NCBI GenBank assembly: GCA_965662335.1
Contig: CBFIGQ010000047.1
Location: 13,131-77,130, forward strand
DNA: 64,000 nucleotides
Source of the DNA: Minisyncoccia bacterium
Lineage (GTDB): Bacteria > Patescibacteriota > Minisyncoccia > Phycocordibacterales > UBA9973
Direction of reading: 5' to 3'
The notes below the pieces were generated by a model. It was not told where the DNA came from and searched no databases. It worked only from the letters and a program-made list of their open reading frames with translations. Made by a program: the position numbers and the translations under genes. Positions 30,342-39,338 of the stretch are shown piece after piece (position 1 is the stretch's first letter; the number at the start of each line of letters is the position of its first letter).

Positions 30342-31685
30342 ATGATACAACGAAGAATTATTGCAGGAATTATTATTTTAGTGGGAGCAGGGCTTGGATT
30401 TTTGCTCTTTCGATCTATTACTCCAGGGCACACTGATCCAGTAGCAAGGCATCCATTTCACCTCGGGCTCGATCTCTCAGGTGGAAGTTATCTCCTTTAC
30501 AAGGCAGATGTGAGCAAGGTACCAAGTGCCGAGGTAAATCAATCAATGGATGCGCTTCGCGATGTGATCGAGCGCCGTATCAATGCGTTTGGTGTAGCAG
30601 AGCCGGTTATACAAGTGCAGACGAGCACGCTCGGTGGTGAGAAAGAAGAACGGCTCTCTGTTGAGCTTCCAGGAGTGACTGACATTGAGGCTGCGATACA
30701 GACTATTGGACAGACACCGTTTCTGGAGTTCAAAGTGCAAGGTGACCCAACACTTGGTGCAGGCAATGTTGATGCAAATGGTACTCTCAACCTCAATGAA
30801 TCAGATTCATTCATCCCAACAGGGCTCGATGGAAAATATCTAAAACACGCTCAGGTTACCTTCGCCCCAAATACTGGCACGCCAGAAGTATCACTTCAGT
30901 TTAACGATGAAGGTGCAAAACTCTTTGAGAAAATCACTGGAGAAAATGTTGGCAAAGTCATAGCTATCTATCTCGATGGTTCTATTATTTCAGCTCCTGT
31001 GGTTCGCGAAGCTATCTCTGGTGGCACAGCCCAGATCACAGGTACGTTCACTCCAGAAGAAGCAAAGACCCTCGCAGGGCGTCTCAACTCTGGCGCGCTT
31101 CCTGTACCTATCTCGCTCATCTCGACCCAAACAGTCGGAGCAACGCTCGGGGCTGAAGCAATACACGCGGGTGTGCGTGCTGCCATGATAGGATTTATCA
31201 TCATTGCACTGTTTTTGATGCTCTGGTACCGACTTCCTGGAGTAGTGGCAGTGCTTGCGCTCTCACTGTACGTGATTATTACACTCCTCTTGTATAAATT
31301 CATCCCTGTCACTATCACCGCTGCAGGTATTGCTGGATTTATCATTTCTATTGGTATGGCGGTTGACGCAAATATCCTTATTTTTGAACGGTTTCGTGAG
31401 GAGCGAGCGCGAGGTAAATCAACAACTGATGCACTCACCCTAGGCTTTGAGCGTGCATGGCTCTCTATTCGAGATGCAAATACTGCAAGTATTATCATCT
31501 CTATCATTTTGTTCTGGTTTGGGACTTCACTCATCAAAGGATTTGCGCTTACGTTTGGACTCGGAGTACTTGTATCACTTCTCTCTGCGATATCGATAAC
31601 AAAACTCTTTTTGCAGTCACTGCCAACCCTTTCACACACCAAAGTCGGACGGTTCTTGTTTAGTAGCGGATTTAGCACCAAATAA
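30342..31685 (+). CDS. secD: Protein translocase subunit SecD
   Basis: N-terminal TM, large periplasmic domain, C-terminal 5-TM block typical of SecD. Confidence 0.85.
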   Translation: MIQRRIIAGIIILVGAGLGFLLFRSITPGHTDPVARHPFHLGLDLSGGSYLLYKADVSKVPSAEVNQSMDALRDVIERRINAFGVAEPVIQVQTSTLGGEKEERLSVELPGVTDIEAAIQTIGQTPFLEFKVQGDPTLGAGNVDANGTLNLNESDSFIPTGLDGKYLKHAQVTFAPNTGTPEVSLQFNDEGAKLFEKITGENVGKVIAIYLDGSIISAPVVREAISGGTAQITGTFTPEEAKTLAGRLNSGALPVPISLISTQTVGATLGAEAIHAGVRAAMIGFIIIALFLMLWYRLPGVVAVLALSLYVIITLLLYKFIPVTITAAGIAGFIISIGMAVDANILIFERFREERARGKSTTDALTLGFERAWLSIRDANTASIIISIILFWFGTSLIKGFALTFGLGVLVSLLSAISITKLFLQSLPTLSHTKVGRFLFSSGFSTK

Positions 31686-31686
31686 T

Positions 31687-32577
31687 ATGTTTGTCATCAC
31701 GTATAAAAAATTCTTTATCAGTCTCTCAGCACTTTTTGTGCTCCTTTCTATTGTTTCGGTTGCAGTATTTGGACTTCCACTGGGCATAGATTTTAAAGGA
31801 GGATCACAAATTCAGGTTTCCTATACTGGTGAGCGCCCAATGACTGCATCCATAGTAGAAGAAGTAGGTAGTGCTGGAATAGCTGATGCAGTTGTACAAC
31901 CAACAGGTGATAAGGGTGTGATTATCAAGACCCATACACTCACTGAGGCAGAGAAAAATGAAGTTATTGCAGCGCTTGGTAGCAATACACAGGTAAAAGA
32001 AGAAGGCTTCACCACTATTGGACCATCTGTAGGTGCGGAGCTTAAACACAAGGCTGTTTTATCAGTCATTCTCGTGCTTATTGCAATCATTTTGTTTGTA
32101 GCGTACGCATTTCGCAAGGTTTCTCGTCCAGTATCATCTTGGAAATATGGTTTTGCGGTGATTATTGCGCTTGTTCACGACATCGCGATTCCGCTTGGAG
32201 CATTTGCGCTCCTCGGACACTTTTATGGGGCAGAACTCGACACGCTCTTTGTGGTAGCGCTTCTTACCACACTCGCGCTCTCTATTGCTGATACTATAGT
32301 TGTGTTTGACCGTATTCGTGAACACCTCGGCAGTAGCCGCGGCAGCGTGCCATTTCCACAGCTTGTGGGTGAGTCGCTCAGTGAGACATTTGTCCGCTCT
32401 ATCAACACCTCACTCATGGTGCTCGTCATGGTGGTAACACTTGCCATCGTAGGTCCCAAGAGTACACAACTCTTTGCTATAGTACTTGCAATAGGTATGT
32501 TTTTTGGAACATACTCCTCTATCTTCCTTGCAAGCCCGCTCCTCGTACTTTTTGCCCAGCAACAAAAGAAAAAGTAA
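31687..32577 (+). CDS. secF: Protein translocase subunit SecF
   Basis: Immediately follows secD; SecF-type TM block (FAVIIALVHDIAIPLG). Confidence 0.85.
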   Translation: MFVITYKKFFISLSALFVLLSIVSVAVFGLPLGIDFKGGSQIQVSYTGERPMTASIVEEVGSAGIADAVVQPTGDKGVIIKTHTLTEAEKNEVIAALGSNTQVKEEGFTTIGPSVGAELKHKAVLSVILVLIAIILFVAYAFRKVSRPVSSWKYGFAVIIALVHDIAIPLGAFALLGHFYGAELDTLFVVALLTTLALSIADTIVVFDRIREHLGSSRGSVPFPQLVGESLSETFVRSINTSLMVLVMVVTLAIVGPKSTQLFAIVLAIGMFFGTYSSIFLASPLLVLFAQQQKKK

Positions 32578-32705
32578 TCCTGCGTATTGTTCTTGACAGA
32601 ACAAGGGGTGTAGAGGTAGTGTAAGGGTGTAAATAATAAAGCCAGCTACACGTGAATAGCGGGTTTTGTTGCTTACGCATTTATCATAATAAACGAGAGA
32701 CGCGT

Positions 32706-35213
32706 ATGAAATCATTTATTTTTGGGCGAGCGACCTTCCTCAAGAAGTGTACCGGTATCGCGACTATTGCTGTATTTCTGTTTCAGTTTGCAGCGCCGCT
32801 CGCTACAACTGCCAATGCAGTTGAGCCGACCATTGCGGGAGCGTACACACTGGTCCTTGACTGTACTGGACCAACAGAAGATATAGGAGACTACTGCAAA
32901 AACCTTCACCACTCGATGACCATTACGAGTCACGATGCTACTACTGGTGCTGTTGAGGGTACAGGCAAGTCTGCATCAAATCAGGACTGGACCATTACGG
33001 GCGGTACTATTACTGCGACTGATGTAAGCTTCAGTATCAAATATGATGACACTATTGATGCGGAGCAGGCATACTATACTGTAAAGTTTTACGGAACACG
33101 AAATGAAGACGGTAGTATGCAAGGCACAGCTGAAGCTCGCAAATTTAAAGAGGCAGATGAAAATGGCGAAGGCGGTATGGATTATAGAATGTCTTTTAAT
33201 TGGCATACTGAGGGAAACCCAGACCAACCTGTCGACCATCCGTCACCAGTGCTTACGCAGTGCTCAGTAGTAAGCGATACAAAGGATTTAGTAGAAGAAT
33301 CAGGAACTCTTGCGGTAGAAGTTGCGACTACGCATCCAAATTGGGCATCTGTGCTTGGTGATGCTAAATGGATTTGGTCAAATAAGACAGTTCAACACCC
33401 TACAACTGATGAAACCCAAACTTTCAAAAAAGGATTCACTGTAGATGAAGTTACAACAGCGATGCTTCACATTGCTGCAGATAATGGCTATAAGGTAATA
33501 GTTAACGGAAAGACAGTTGTAGATAATCTTGCCCTTGAGACTGCTTATTTAGCTTCAAATAGCGCATATACAACTGGCATTGATATTTCGAGCTATATCC
33601 ATAATGGATACAATACTCTTCAGATTCTCGTAAAGAATTTTGCAATGGACGGCGGTACAACTGAAACCAATCCGGCAGGACTTATGTATAAGCTTGATCT
33701 TGCTGCAGAAAACTGTGCAAATGTTCCTTCTGGTGGCCCTGTTAACGGATCAATTACTATCTATAGCTATGTTTGTCCTGGATCTACTATCGTAAATCGT
33801 ACTGATAACGGTTATGGGAAGACTATTCCAGCAGGGTGTGTGCCTGAACCGGACGCTCGGTATGGCTATACCCAGGATATTGATGGCTACCGACCTGATA
33901 TCTACAATCCAGAAACCGATAGTTATGAACCAGACCCAGAAGGACTTGGTGGTTCACCAGACCCAGATCTTGATGGTCCATATGTAGGAAGTGCTACTGG
34001 AGATGTACAAACTCCATTCGTACTTACCAATAGTGATGGAGTGTCATACAATGACAGTCTCTCACGTCACTATCGATACACGATCGTGAAGGTTGGGGCA
34101 GATAATAAAAAACTCCCAAACTCTGCAGTGCTTGGACTCTTTTGTCAGGTAGATACCGACCCAGCTATTGATAACATGGATGTAACATATATCGAGGCAC
34201 AGCTCAATAGCGAAGGAGATCTTGTATTTAATTCAAACTGTGTCGTATACAATCGTCAAGAGCGGCCAGTAGAATCTCTAACCCCAGGCCCACAGGTGCA
34301 TGTCTATAAATACGTTCGATCTGTAAGAGATCAGTCTGAAACACTGGTTACCGAATCCCCAGCAATCGCATTTCCAATGTATTCAACATGGGAGGAGCCG
34401 GGCAAGGACGTGAAAGAGGGTTACTATAAGCTTGGCAACCACAATGGTGGTGCGCCAGATCAGTTTGGAAGCATCACCGCAAAAATGCTACCGCATTCCT
34501 GGTATACAACGTATGAGCAAACAAATGATAAGCCAGGGCATGAAGCAGGGGGAGTATTTCCTATTGGTGCAGCATGTCAAGCAGGGCCAGCATACTACCG
34601 TCTCGTTGGATACCGAGTAGGAGATAGTCTTGAAAATGCTGAAACTGCAACCCTTGTTACCAATGCGGCAACTATCAACGATCTTACAAATGACGCATAT
34701 GTTATCGTGGTAAATGAGAAGTGTAGCGATGTACTTGGACAGACAGATACCCAACAAGAGACTGCTACACAACCAGTAGTACAGCCAGAACCAAAGACTT
34801 CAGAACGCGGAGTAAGCGGATCTATCGGAACTGGTGGTCAGCAAGGTGTTGTGCTTGGTGCATCGGCAACTAGCGCTGATAACGAGAAGCTTCCTGCATC
34901 ATGTAGTGAATATCTTCACAGTTATATCAAGTATGGTGGCAATAATGACAATACTGATGTGATTCGTCTCCAGGCCTTTCTCAACAAGTACCTTGGTATT
35001 AAGCTCACAGTAAATGGTGTGTACGACAAAGAAACCTTTGAAGCACTCAAGGCATTCCAAGTAAAAGAGGCAGATCAGGTACTTGCACCATGGAAGGAAA
35101 CGAAGGGAGGTATTAATGAAAACGGTACTGGGTATGTCTATAAAACTACGAAACGATGGATAAATCTACTTAACTGCCCAACCCTTAATATTCCACTTCC
35201 AACACTTATGTAA
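32706..35213 (+). CDS. Large secreted protein with C-terminal peptidoglycan-binding domain
   Basis: Signal peptide (start at MKSFIFG); about 750 aa of beta-rich unknown domains; C-terminal PG_binding_1-like motif (IRLQAFLNKYLGIKLTVNGVYDKETFEALKAFQ). Confidence 0.55.
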   Translation: MKSFIFGRATFLKKCTGIATIAVFLFQFAAPLATTANAVEPTIAGAYTLVLDCTGPTEDIGDYCKNLHHSMTITSHDATTGAVEGTGKSASNQDWTITGGTITATDVSFSIKYDDTIDAEQAYYTVKFYGTRNEDGSMQGTAEARKFKEADENGEGGMDYRMSFNWHTEGNPDQPVDHPSPVLTQCSVVSDTKDLVEESGTLAVEVATTHPNWASVLGDAKWIWSNKTVQHPTTDETQTFKKGFTVDEVTTAMLHIAADNGYKVIVNGKTVVDNLALETAYLASNSAYTTGIDISSYIHNGYNTLQILVKNFAMDGGTTETNPAGLMYKLDLAAENCANVPSGGPVNGSITIYSYVCPGSTIVNRTDNGYGKTIPAGCVPEPDARYGYTQDIDGYRPDIYNPETDSYEPDPEGLGGSPDPDLDGPYVGSATGDVQTPFVLTNSDGVSYNDSLSRHYRYTIVKVGADNKKLPNSAVLGLFCQVDTDPAIDNMDVTYIEAQLNSEGDLVFNSNCVVYNRQERPVESLTPGPQVHVYKYVRSVRDQSETLVTESPAIAFPMYSTWEEPGKDVKEGYYKLGNHNGGAPDQFGSITAKMLPHSWYTTYEQTNDKPGHEAGGVFPIGAACQAGPAYYRLVGYRVGDSLENAETATLVTNAATINDLTNDAYVIVVNEKCSDVLGQTDTQQETATQPVVQPEPKTSERGVSGSIGTGGQQGVVLGASATSADNEKLPASCSEYLHSYIKYGGNNDNTDVIRLQAFLNKYLGIKLTVNGVYDKETFEALKAFQVKEADQVLAPWKETKGGINENGTGYVYKTTKRWINLLNCPTLNIPLPTLM

Positions 35214-35281
35214 TAACACTACAGACCGCCCAATGGCGGTCTGTATATTTACATTCTTTATTGGTGTAGTACAGTATAAGC

Positions 35282-36298
35282 ATGATACACAAGCGTATAG
35301 CACGGCATATTCTCGACAATGTTACGCCAACTGAGAGTAACGGGTATGTTCCACGCATTTTGAAAAGTAATGCACTATGGGCAATACTGGGAGTTGGTAC
35401 TGGGCTCTTCTTATTCTCACAAGTTCTTCATACCACTGGCTATCTCAATACAATGGCAAGTATTTATCCAGCAACACTGATTGAACTTACCAACAAAGAC
35501 CGAGCAGTACAAGAACTCCCTCCACTTGTTGCTAGCAAGGCACTTGAGGCTGCAGCAAACCTAAAGGTACATGATATGGTCAACAACAATTACTTTGCAC
35601 ACACTAGTCCAAGCGGTATATCTCCGTGGCATTGGTTTGCGCAGGCAAACTACAAGTTTCTCTACGCAGGTGAAAACCTTGCAGTAAACTTTAGTGAGTC
35701 AAGTGATGTTGAAGAGGCATGGCTCAACTCTCCACTACACCGTGCAAATGTTCTCAGCCCGAACTTTACCGAAATAGGCATTGCCACCCGCGAAGGATAC
35801 TACAACGGACAAAAAACAACCTATATCGTTGAGCTCTTTGGCGCACCAGCAAAAACAGCACAGCCAGCAATTGTGGAGACCGTTCCTGCAAAAATAAATG
35901 TATCTGATATAAAACCTGAAACAGTGCAACCAACCGTTGCTGGTGAATCAGCAGCTGCGCTTGCAGTTGTGCAATCTACTCCATCATACGAAGAAGTAAA
36001 AAATACTGACCCAACTCTTGTTGCTGTTGAATCTTCAACAACTATTAAGTTGTCTGTTCCATGGTATGAGCGTCTTATTTCTCGAGCAGATGAATATATT
36101 GCATTTATCATAGAGACAAGCCTGATTGCGCTTATTCTCGCACTGACAGGACTCGCAATGCGTGAATATGAAAAACGCCATCTAAAGCATATGGCGGGTG
36201 GAGTTGTAGTGGCAGCTGTACTTGTCGGGCTACTCTTTGTAGGGCGTATCGGGGTGTTTGCTTCAGACCAAGCACCGCTTATTGTGCAGGCAAAATAA
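35282..36298 (+). CDS. CAP/SCP/PR1-like (YkwD-type) domain protein with C-terminal TM
   Basis: CAP motifs HYTQVVW-like (FAHTSPSGISPWHW) and YKFLYAGENLA...SPLHRANVL. Confidence 0.65.
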   Translation: MIHKRIARHILDNVTPTESNGYVPRILKSNALWAILGVGTGLFLFSQVLHTTGYLNTMASIYPATLIELTNKDRAVQELPPLVASKALEAAANLKVHDMVNNNYFAHTSPSGISPWHWFAQANYKFLYAGENLAVNFSESSDVEEAWLNSPLHRANVLSPNFTEIGIATREGYYNGQKTTYIVELFGAPAKTAQPAIVETVPAKINVSDIKPETVQPTVAGESAAALAVVQSTPSYEEVKNTDPTLVAVESSTTIKLSVPWYERLISRADEYIAFIIETSLIALILALTGLAMREYEKRHLKHMAGGVVVAAVLVGLLFVGRIGVFASDQAPLIVQAK

Positions 36299-36301
36299 GA
36301 A

Positions 36302-36380
36302 AAGGCCTCGAGGGCCTTATAAGAGAAGTAGAATAAGGATAACAAATACTATCCCCAGTCCTTGGACTTCTTTTTTCTGT
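36302..36380 (+). terminator. Weak terminator region after CAP gene
   Basis: aaggcctcgagggcctt hairpin, then agtc-cttg-gact hairpin followed by T6. Confidence 0.35.
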
Positions 36381-36427
36381 GCGAAGAGTAGTGAATCCAT
36401 ATATCTATAGATTGTATTTACATTTAT

Positions 36428-36456
36428 AGTACTCCACATTCACTTCTTGTCAAAGT
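36428..36456 (+). promoter_or_regulatory. Sigma70-type promoter for lemA
   Basis: TTGTCA, 17-nt spacer, TATACT. Confidence 0.5.
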
Positions 36457-36480
36457 AGGGCAAAGGGGTATACTGAAATT

Positions 36481-37029
36481 ATGACTATAATATTGATTAT
36501 TCTTGGTGTTATTATTTTGTGGTTTGTGCTTGCGTACAACGGCTTTGTCACAATGCGCAACCGCGCGCAGGAGGCATGGGCAGATATCGAAGTCCAGCTC
36601 AAACGCCGCTATGACCTCATTCCAAATCTTGTAAATACCGTAAAGGGTTACGCGGCTCACGAGTCAGGAACGTTTGAAAAGGTGACTGAGGCGCGGACTA
36701 TGGCAATGAATGCAGGTACTCCAGCAGCTCACGCACAGGCTGAGAATATGCTCTCAGGTGCGCTCAAGAGCCTCTTTGCAGTCTCTGAAGCCTACCCAGA
36801 CCTCAAAGCCAATACCAACTTCCTCGAGCTACAGCGTGAGCTCTCAGATACCGAAAACAAAATCCAAGCTGCACGACGCTTTTACAACGGCAACGTTCGC
36901 GACTACAACACGCGTCTACAAGTGTTTCCTGGAAATATTATTGCAAATGTCTTTGCATTCAAGAAGTCAGACTTCTTTGATATCGACGACAACGGCGTAG
37001 AAAGCCATCCAGTAGAGGTGAAGTTTTAA
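36481..37029 (+). CDS. lemA: LemA family protein
   Basis: N-terminal TM plus conserved LemA core (NGFVTMRN...QLKRRYDLIPNLVNTVKGYAAHE...ENKIQAARRFYNGNVRDYN). Confidence 0.85.
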   Translation: MTIILIILGVIILWFVLAYNGFVTMRNRAQEAWADIEVQLKRRYDLIPNLVNTVKGYAAHESGTFEKVTEARTMAMNAGTPAAHAQAENMLSGALKSLFAVSEAYPDLKANTNFLELQRELSDTENKIQAARRFYNGNVRDYNTRLQVFPGNIIANVFAFKKSDFFDIDDNGVESHPVEVKF

Positions 37030-37031
37030 GA

Positions 37032-37352
37032 ATGGTCACTCAAGAACTCATTACGTATATCAAAGTCAGCCTAGAGCGCGGCAAGACTCGCGCAGATATT
37101 GAAAAGGAGCTCTTTCTTGGAGGCGGATGGAGCGCAAAGGACCTTGATCAGGCATTTGAGGCTGTTGGTGGTCAAAACCCAAATGCAAAAGTCGCAAAAA
37201 TAAAAAAGCCTCATAAAAAAGTGAGACTTGTGTGGGTGGTTGTACTCATGCTGCTTGCAGCAGGGGTTGGCTGGTGGGTGAGAGATAGACAGCAGTTTTT
37301 CAAACTTCAAGCAACACCACTTACTAATACTATTCAATCCTATATACGATAA
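37032..37352 (+). CDS. Small hypothetical protein with C-terminal TM
   Basis: 106 aa between lemA and htpX (a LemA-HtpX gene pair is conserved in many bacteria). Confidence 0.4.
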   Translation: MVTQELITYIKVSLERGKTRADIEKELFLGGGWSAKDLDQAFEAVGGQNPNAKVAKIKKPHKKVRLVWVVVLMLLAAGVGWWVRDRQQFFKLQATPLTNTIQSYIR

Positions 37353-38246
37353 ATGGCAACTATATATACACACAAATCTGAAAATGTGGTGAAGACGTGG
37401 CTCCTGGTCGCAGTATTTCTGGCGGTGGTGATTGGTATCGGCTATTTCTTTGCGTATTACTATCAAAACCCAAGCATCCTTACGTTTGCGATAGTGTTTG
37501 CGGTGGTAATGAATATCATTTCGTACTGGAACTCAGACAAGATAGCGCTCTCTATGGCAAAGGCAGTGCCTGCAAGTGAGACGCAGTATCCAGAGCTCCA
37601 GAACGTTGTCGAAAACCTATCCATCACCGCAGGGCTTCCAAAGCCAAAGGTATATATTATCCCTGACAGCGCGCCAAATGCATTTGCGACAGGACGAAAT
37701 GCAAAGCATGCATCGGTGGCAGTCACACAAGGACTCCTCGCAATGCTCGACCGGACAGAGCTTGAAGGCGTGATCGCACACGAGCTCTCACATATCGGCA
37801 ATCGTGACATACTGCTCCAGAGTATGGTGGCAGTACTCGTTGGTTTCATTTCTATCCTTGCAGACATGTTTACACGCAGTCTCTGGTTGGGAGGACGTTC
37901 GCGAGATGATGATAGCAGGGGGAGTAATGTACTTGCCATTGTGGGCATAGTATTTATTATTCTTTCACCAATCATTGCGACGCTTATTCAGCTCGCCATT
38001 TCGCGCAAGCGTGAATACCTCGCGGACGCTTCTGGGGCACTCCTTACTCGCTATCCGCAAGGTCTCGCAAGCGCTCTTCAAAAGATCGCAAGCTACGGGG
38101 CGCCAATGAAAACCGCATCCAACGCAACGGCCCACATGTATATCTCAAATCCTTTTGGAAGGGCTGCAAAAGGTCTCTCAAGTCTCTTTATGACGCACCC
38201 ACCAGTAGAGGCTCGTATCAAGGCGCTGACAGAAATGGCCGGGTAG
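37353..38246 (+). CDS. htpX: Zn-metalloprotease HtpX (M48)
   Basis: HELSHIGNRD zinc-binding motif, 4 TM segments, M48 architecture. Confidence 0.85.
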   Translation: MATIYTHKSENVVKTWLLVAVFLAVVIGIGYFFAYYYQNPSILTFAIVFAVVMNIISYWNSDKIALSMAKAVPASETQYPELQNVVENLSITAGLPKPKVYIIPDSAPNAFATGRNAKHASVAVTQGLLAMLDRTELEGVIAHELSHIGNRDILLQSMVAVLVGFISILADMFTRSLWLGGRSRDDDSRGSNVLAIVGIVFIILSPIIATLIQLAISRKREYLADASGALLTRYPQGLASALQKIASYGAPMKTASNATAHMYISNPFGRAAKGLSSLFMTHPPVEARIKALTEMAG

Positions 38247-38266
38247 GGTATCCTATAGGCCAATCA

Positions 38267-38353
38267 GGAGGATTCGCATAGCGGTCTAGTGCACCATCTT
38301 GGAAAGGTGGCAACGGGGCAACTCGTTCGAGGGTTCGAATCCCTCATCCTCCG
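38267..38353 (+). tRNA. tRNA-Ser (anticodon GGA)
   Basis: Acceptor stem GGAGGAT/ATCCTCC, anticodon stem ccatc/ggtgg with loop ttGGAaa, long variable arm, T-arm GGTTCGAATCC; CCA not encoded. Confidence 0.8.
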
Positions 38354-38425
38354 CAAATACTTGACATTATTTCGTTTATTGATATAATACGAAAAAATTC
38401 AAAAACCACAAAATTCTTTCAAAAT

Positions 38426-39244
38426 ATGAAAAAAATTAAGGAACTATTTGGTATAAAAACCATTATTTTTTTGATTGTACTGTTACTACTTGTTTTTACG
38501 CCTACTAAGTTTTGGTATAAAAGCCATATAACTCCAACTGTTGTCTACTGGGGTCAAATACTACTGTTGGTAATATTTGGTGCAATCATTTATGCAAAAC
38601 TGATCAAAGGGGCAAAAGCCTATGCGAAGACAAAATCACATAGGATTGAAGAGGAGAAAAAATTTGTAAAAACTTTTTCTATTGTAAGCTTTTTCGGGAT
38701 CTTTGGCATAATACTTGGCTTGTGGTTTCTACTCGATAAGCCTATAATCACCGGTATTACGAGTAGTGCCACTCCTGGATCAAGTACAGCTGATTCTTCA
38801 TTTGTAAAAAATGATAGTACTGTTACAGACAATTCAGGTACTACGGAAGGTAGCACACCTGCCGCCATGGACACGCTGGATCAAACACTACAATCAAAAA
38901 ATGCAGAGCTTGCAGAAAAAACAAAGTATGAAGCAGATCTAAAAGCAAAGCTTGAGTATCTACAAAACTCAAAAGGAAAAAAGCTTCAGATATCTGTAAT
39001 AAATGCAGCACTAAAAAGTAAGGATTCTACCAATGCAATTTTGGAGAAATCTATCATTGCATTAGAAAATCAGCAGTACTGCTGTGTTGTCGTGCAGGCT
39101 CCACCGCCTGCTCCCAGAGCGGGCAGGAATAGGCCCCGCATTACCAAACCCTGTAATAAAAAAACTGGTGATAAACAAATTGCATTTCGCGGGACAACAC
39201 GAGAACAGCAACGTGCTATGAAATCCGGAAAGGGTGGTTATTGA
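38426..39244 (+). CDS. Membrane hypothetical protein with coiled-coil and Pro/Arg-rich tail
   Basis: 3 N-terminal TM helices, Ser/Thr-rich linker, coiled coil, C-terminal basic tail. Confidence 0.4.
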   Translation: MKKIKELFGIKTIIFLIVLLLLVFTPTKFWYKSHITPTVVYWGQILLLVIFGAIIYAKLIKGAKAYAKTKSHRIEEEKKFVKTFSIVSFFGIFGIILGLWFLLDKPIITGITSSATPGSSTADSSFVKNDSTVTDNSGTTEGSTPAAMDTLDQTLQSKNAELAEKTKYEADLKAKLEYLQNSKGKKLQISVINAALKSKDSTNAILEKSIIALENQQYCCVVVQAPPPAPRAGRNRPRITKPCNKKTGDKQIAFRGTTREQQRAMKSGKGGY

Positions 39245-39261
39245 TCTTTTATCGAAACGCA

Positions 39262-39291
39262 AAAAGCGGAACAGATGTTCCGCTTTTTTTA
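39262..39291 (+). terminator. Intrinsic terminator
   Basis: agcggaac-agatg-ttccgc followed by T7. Confidence 0.85.
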
Positions 39292-39338
39292 GTTTTTCTC
39301 TACAAATTTTAAAAACACAGCTATGCTACAATCCTTCC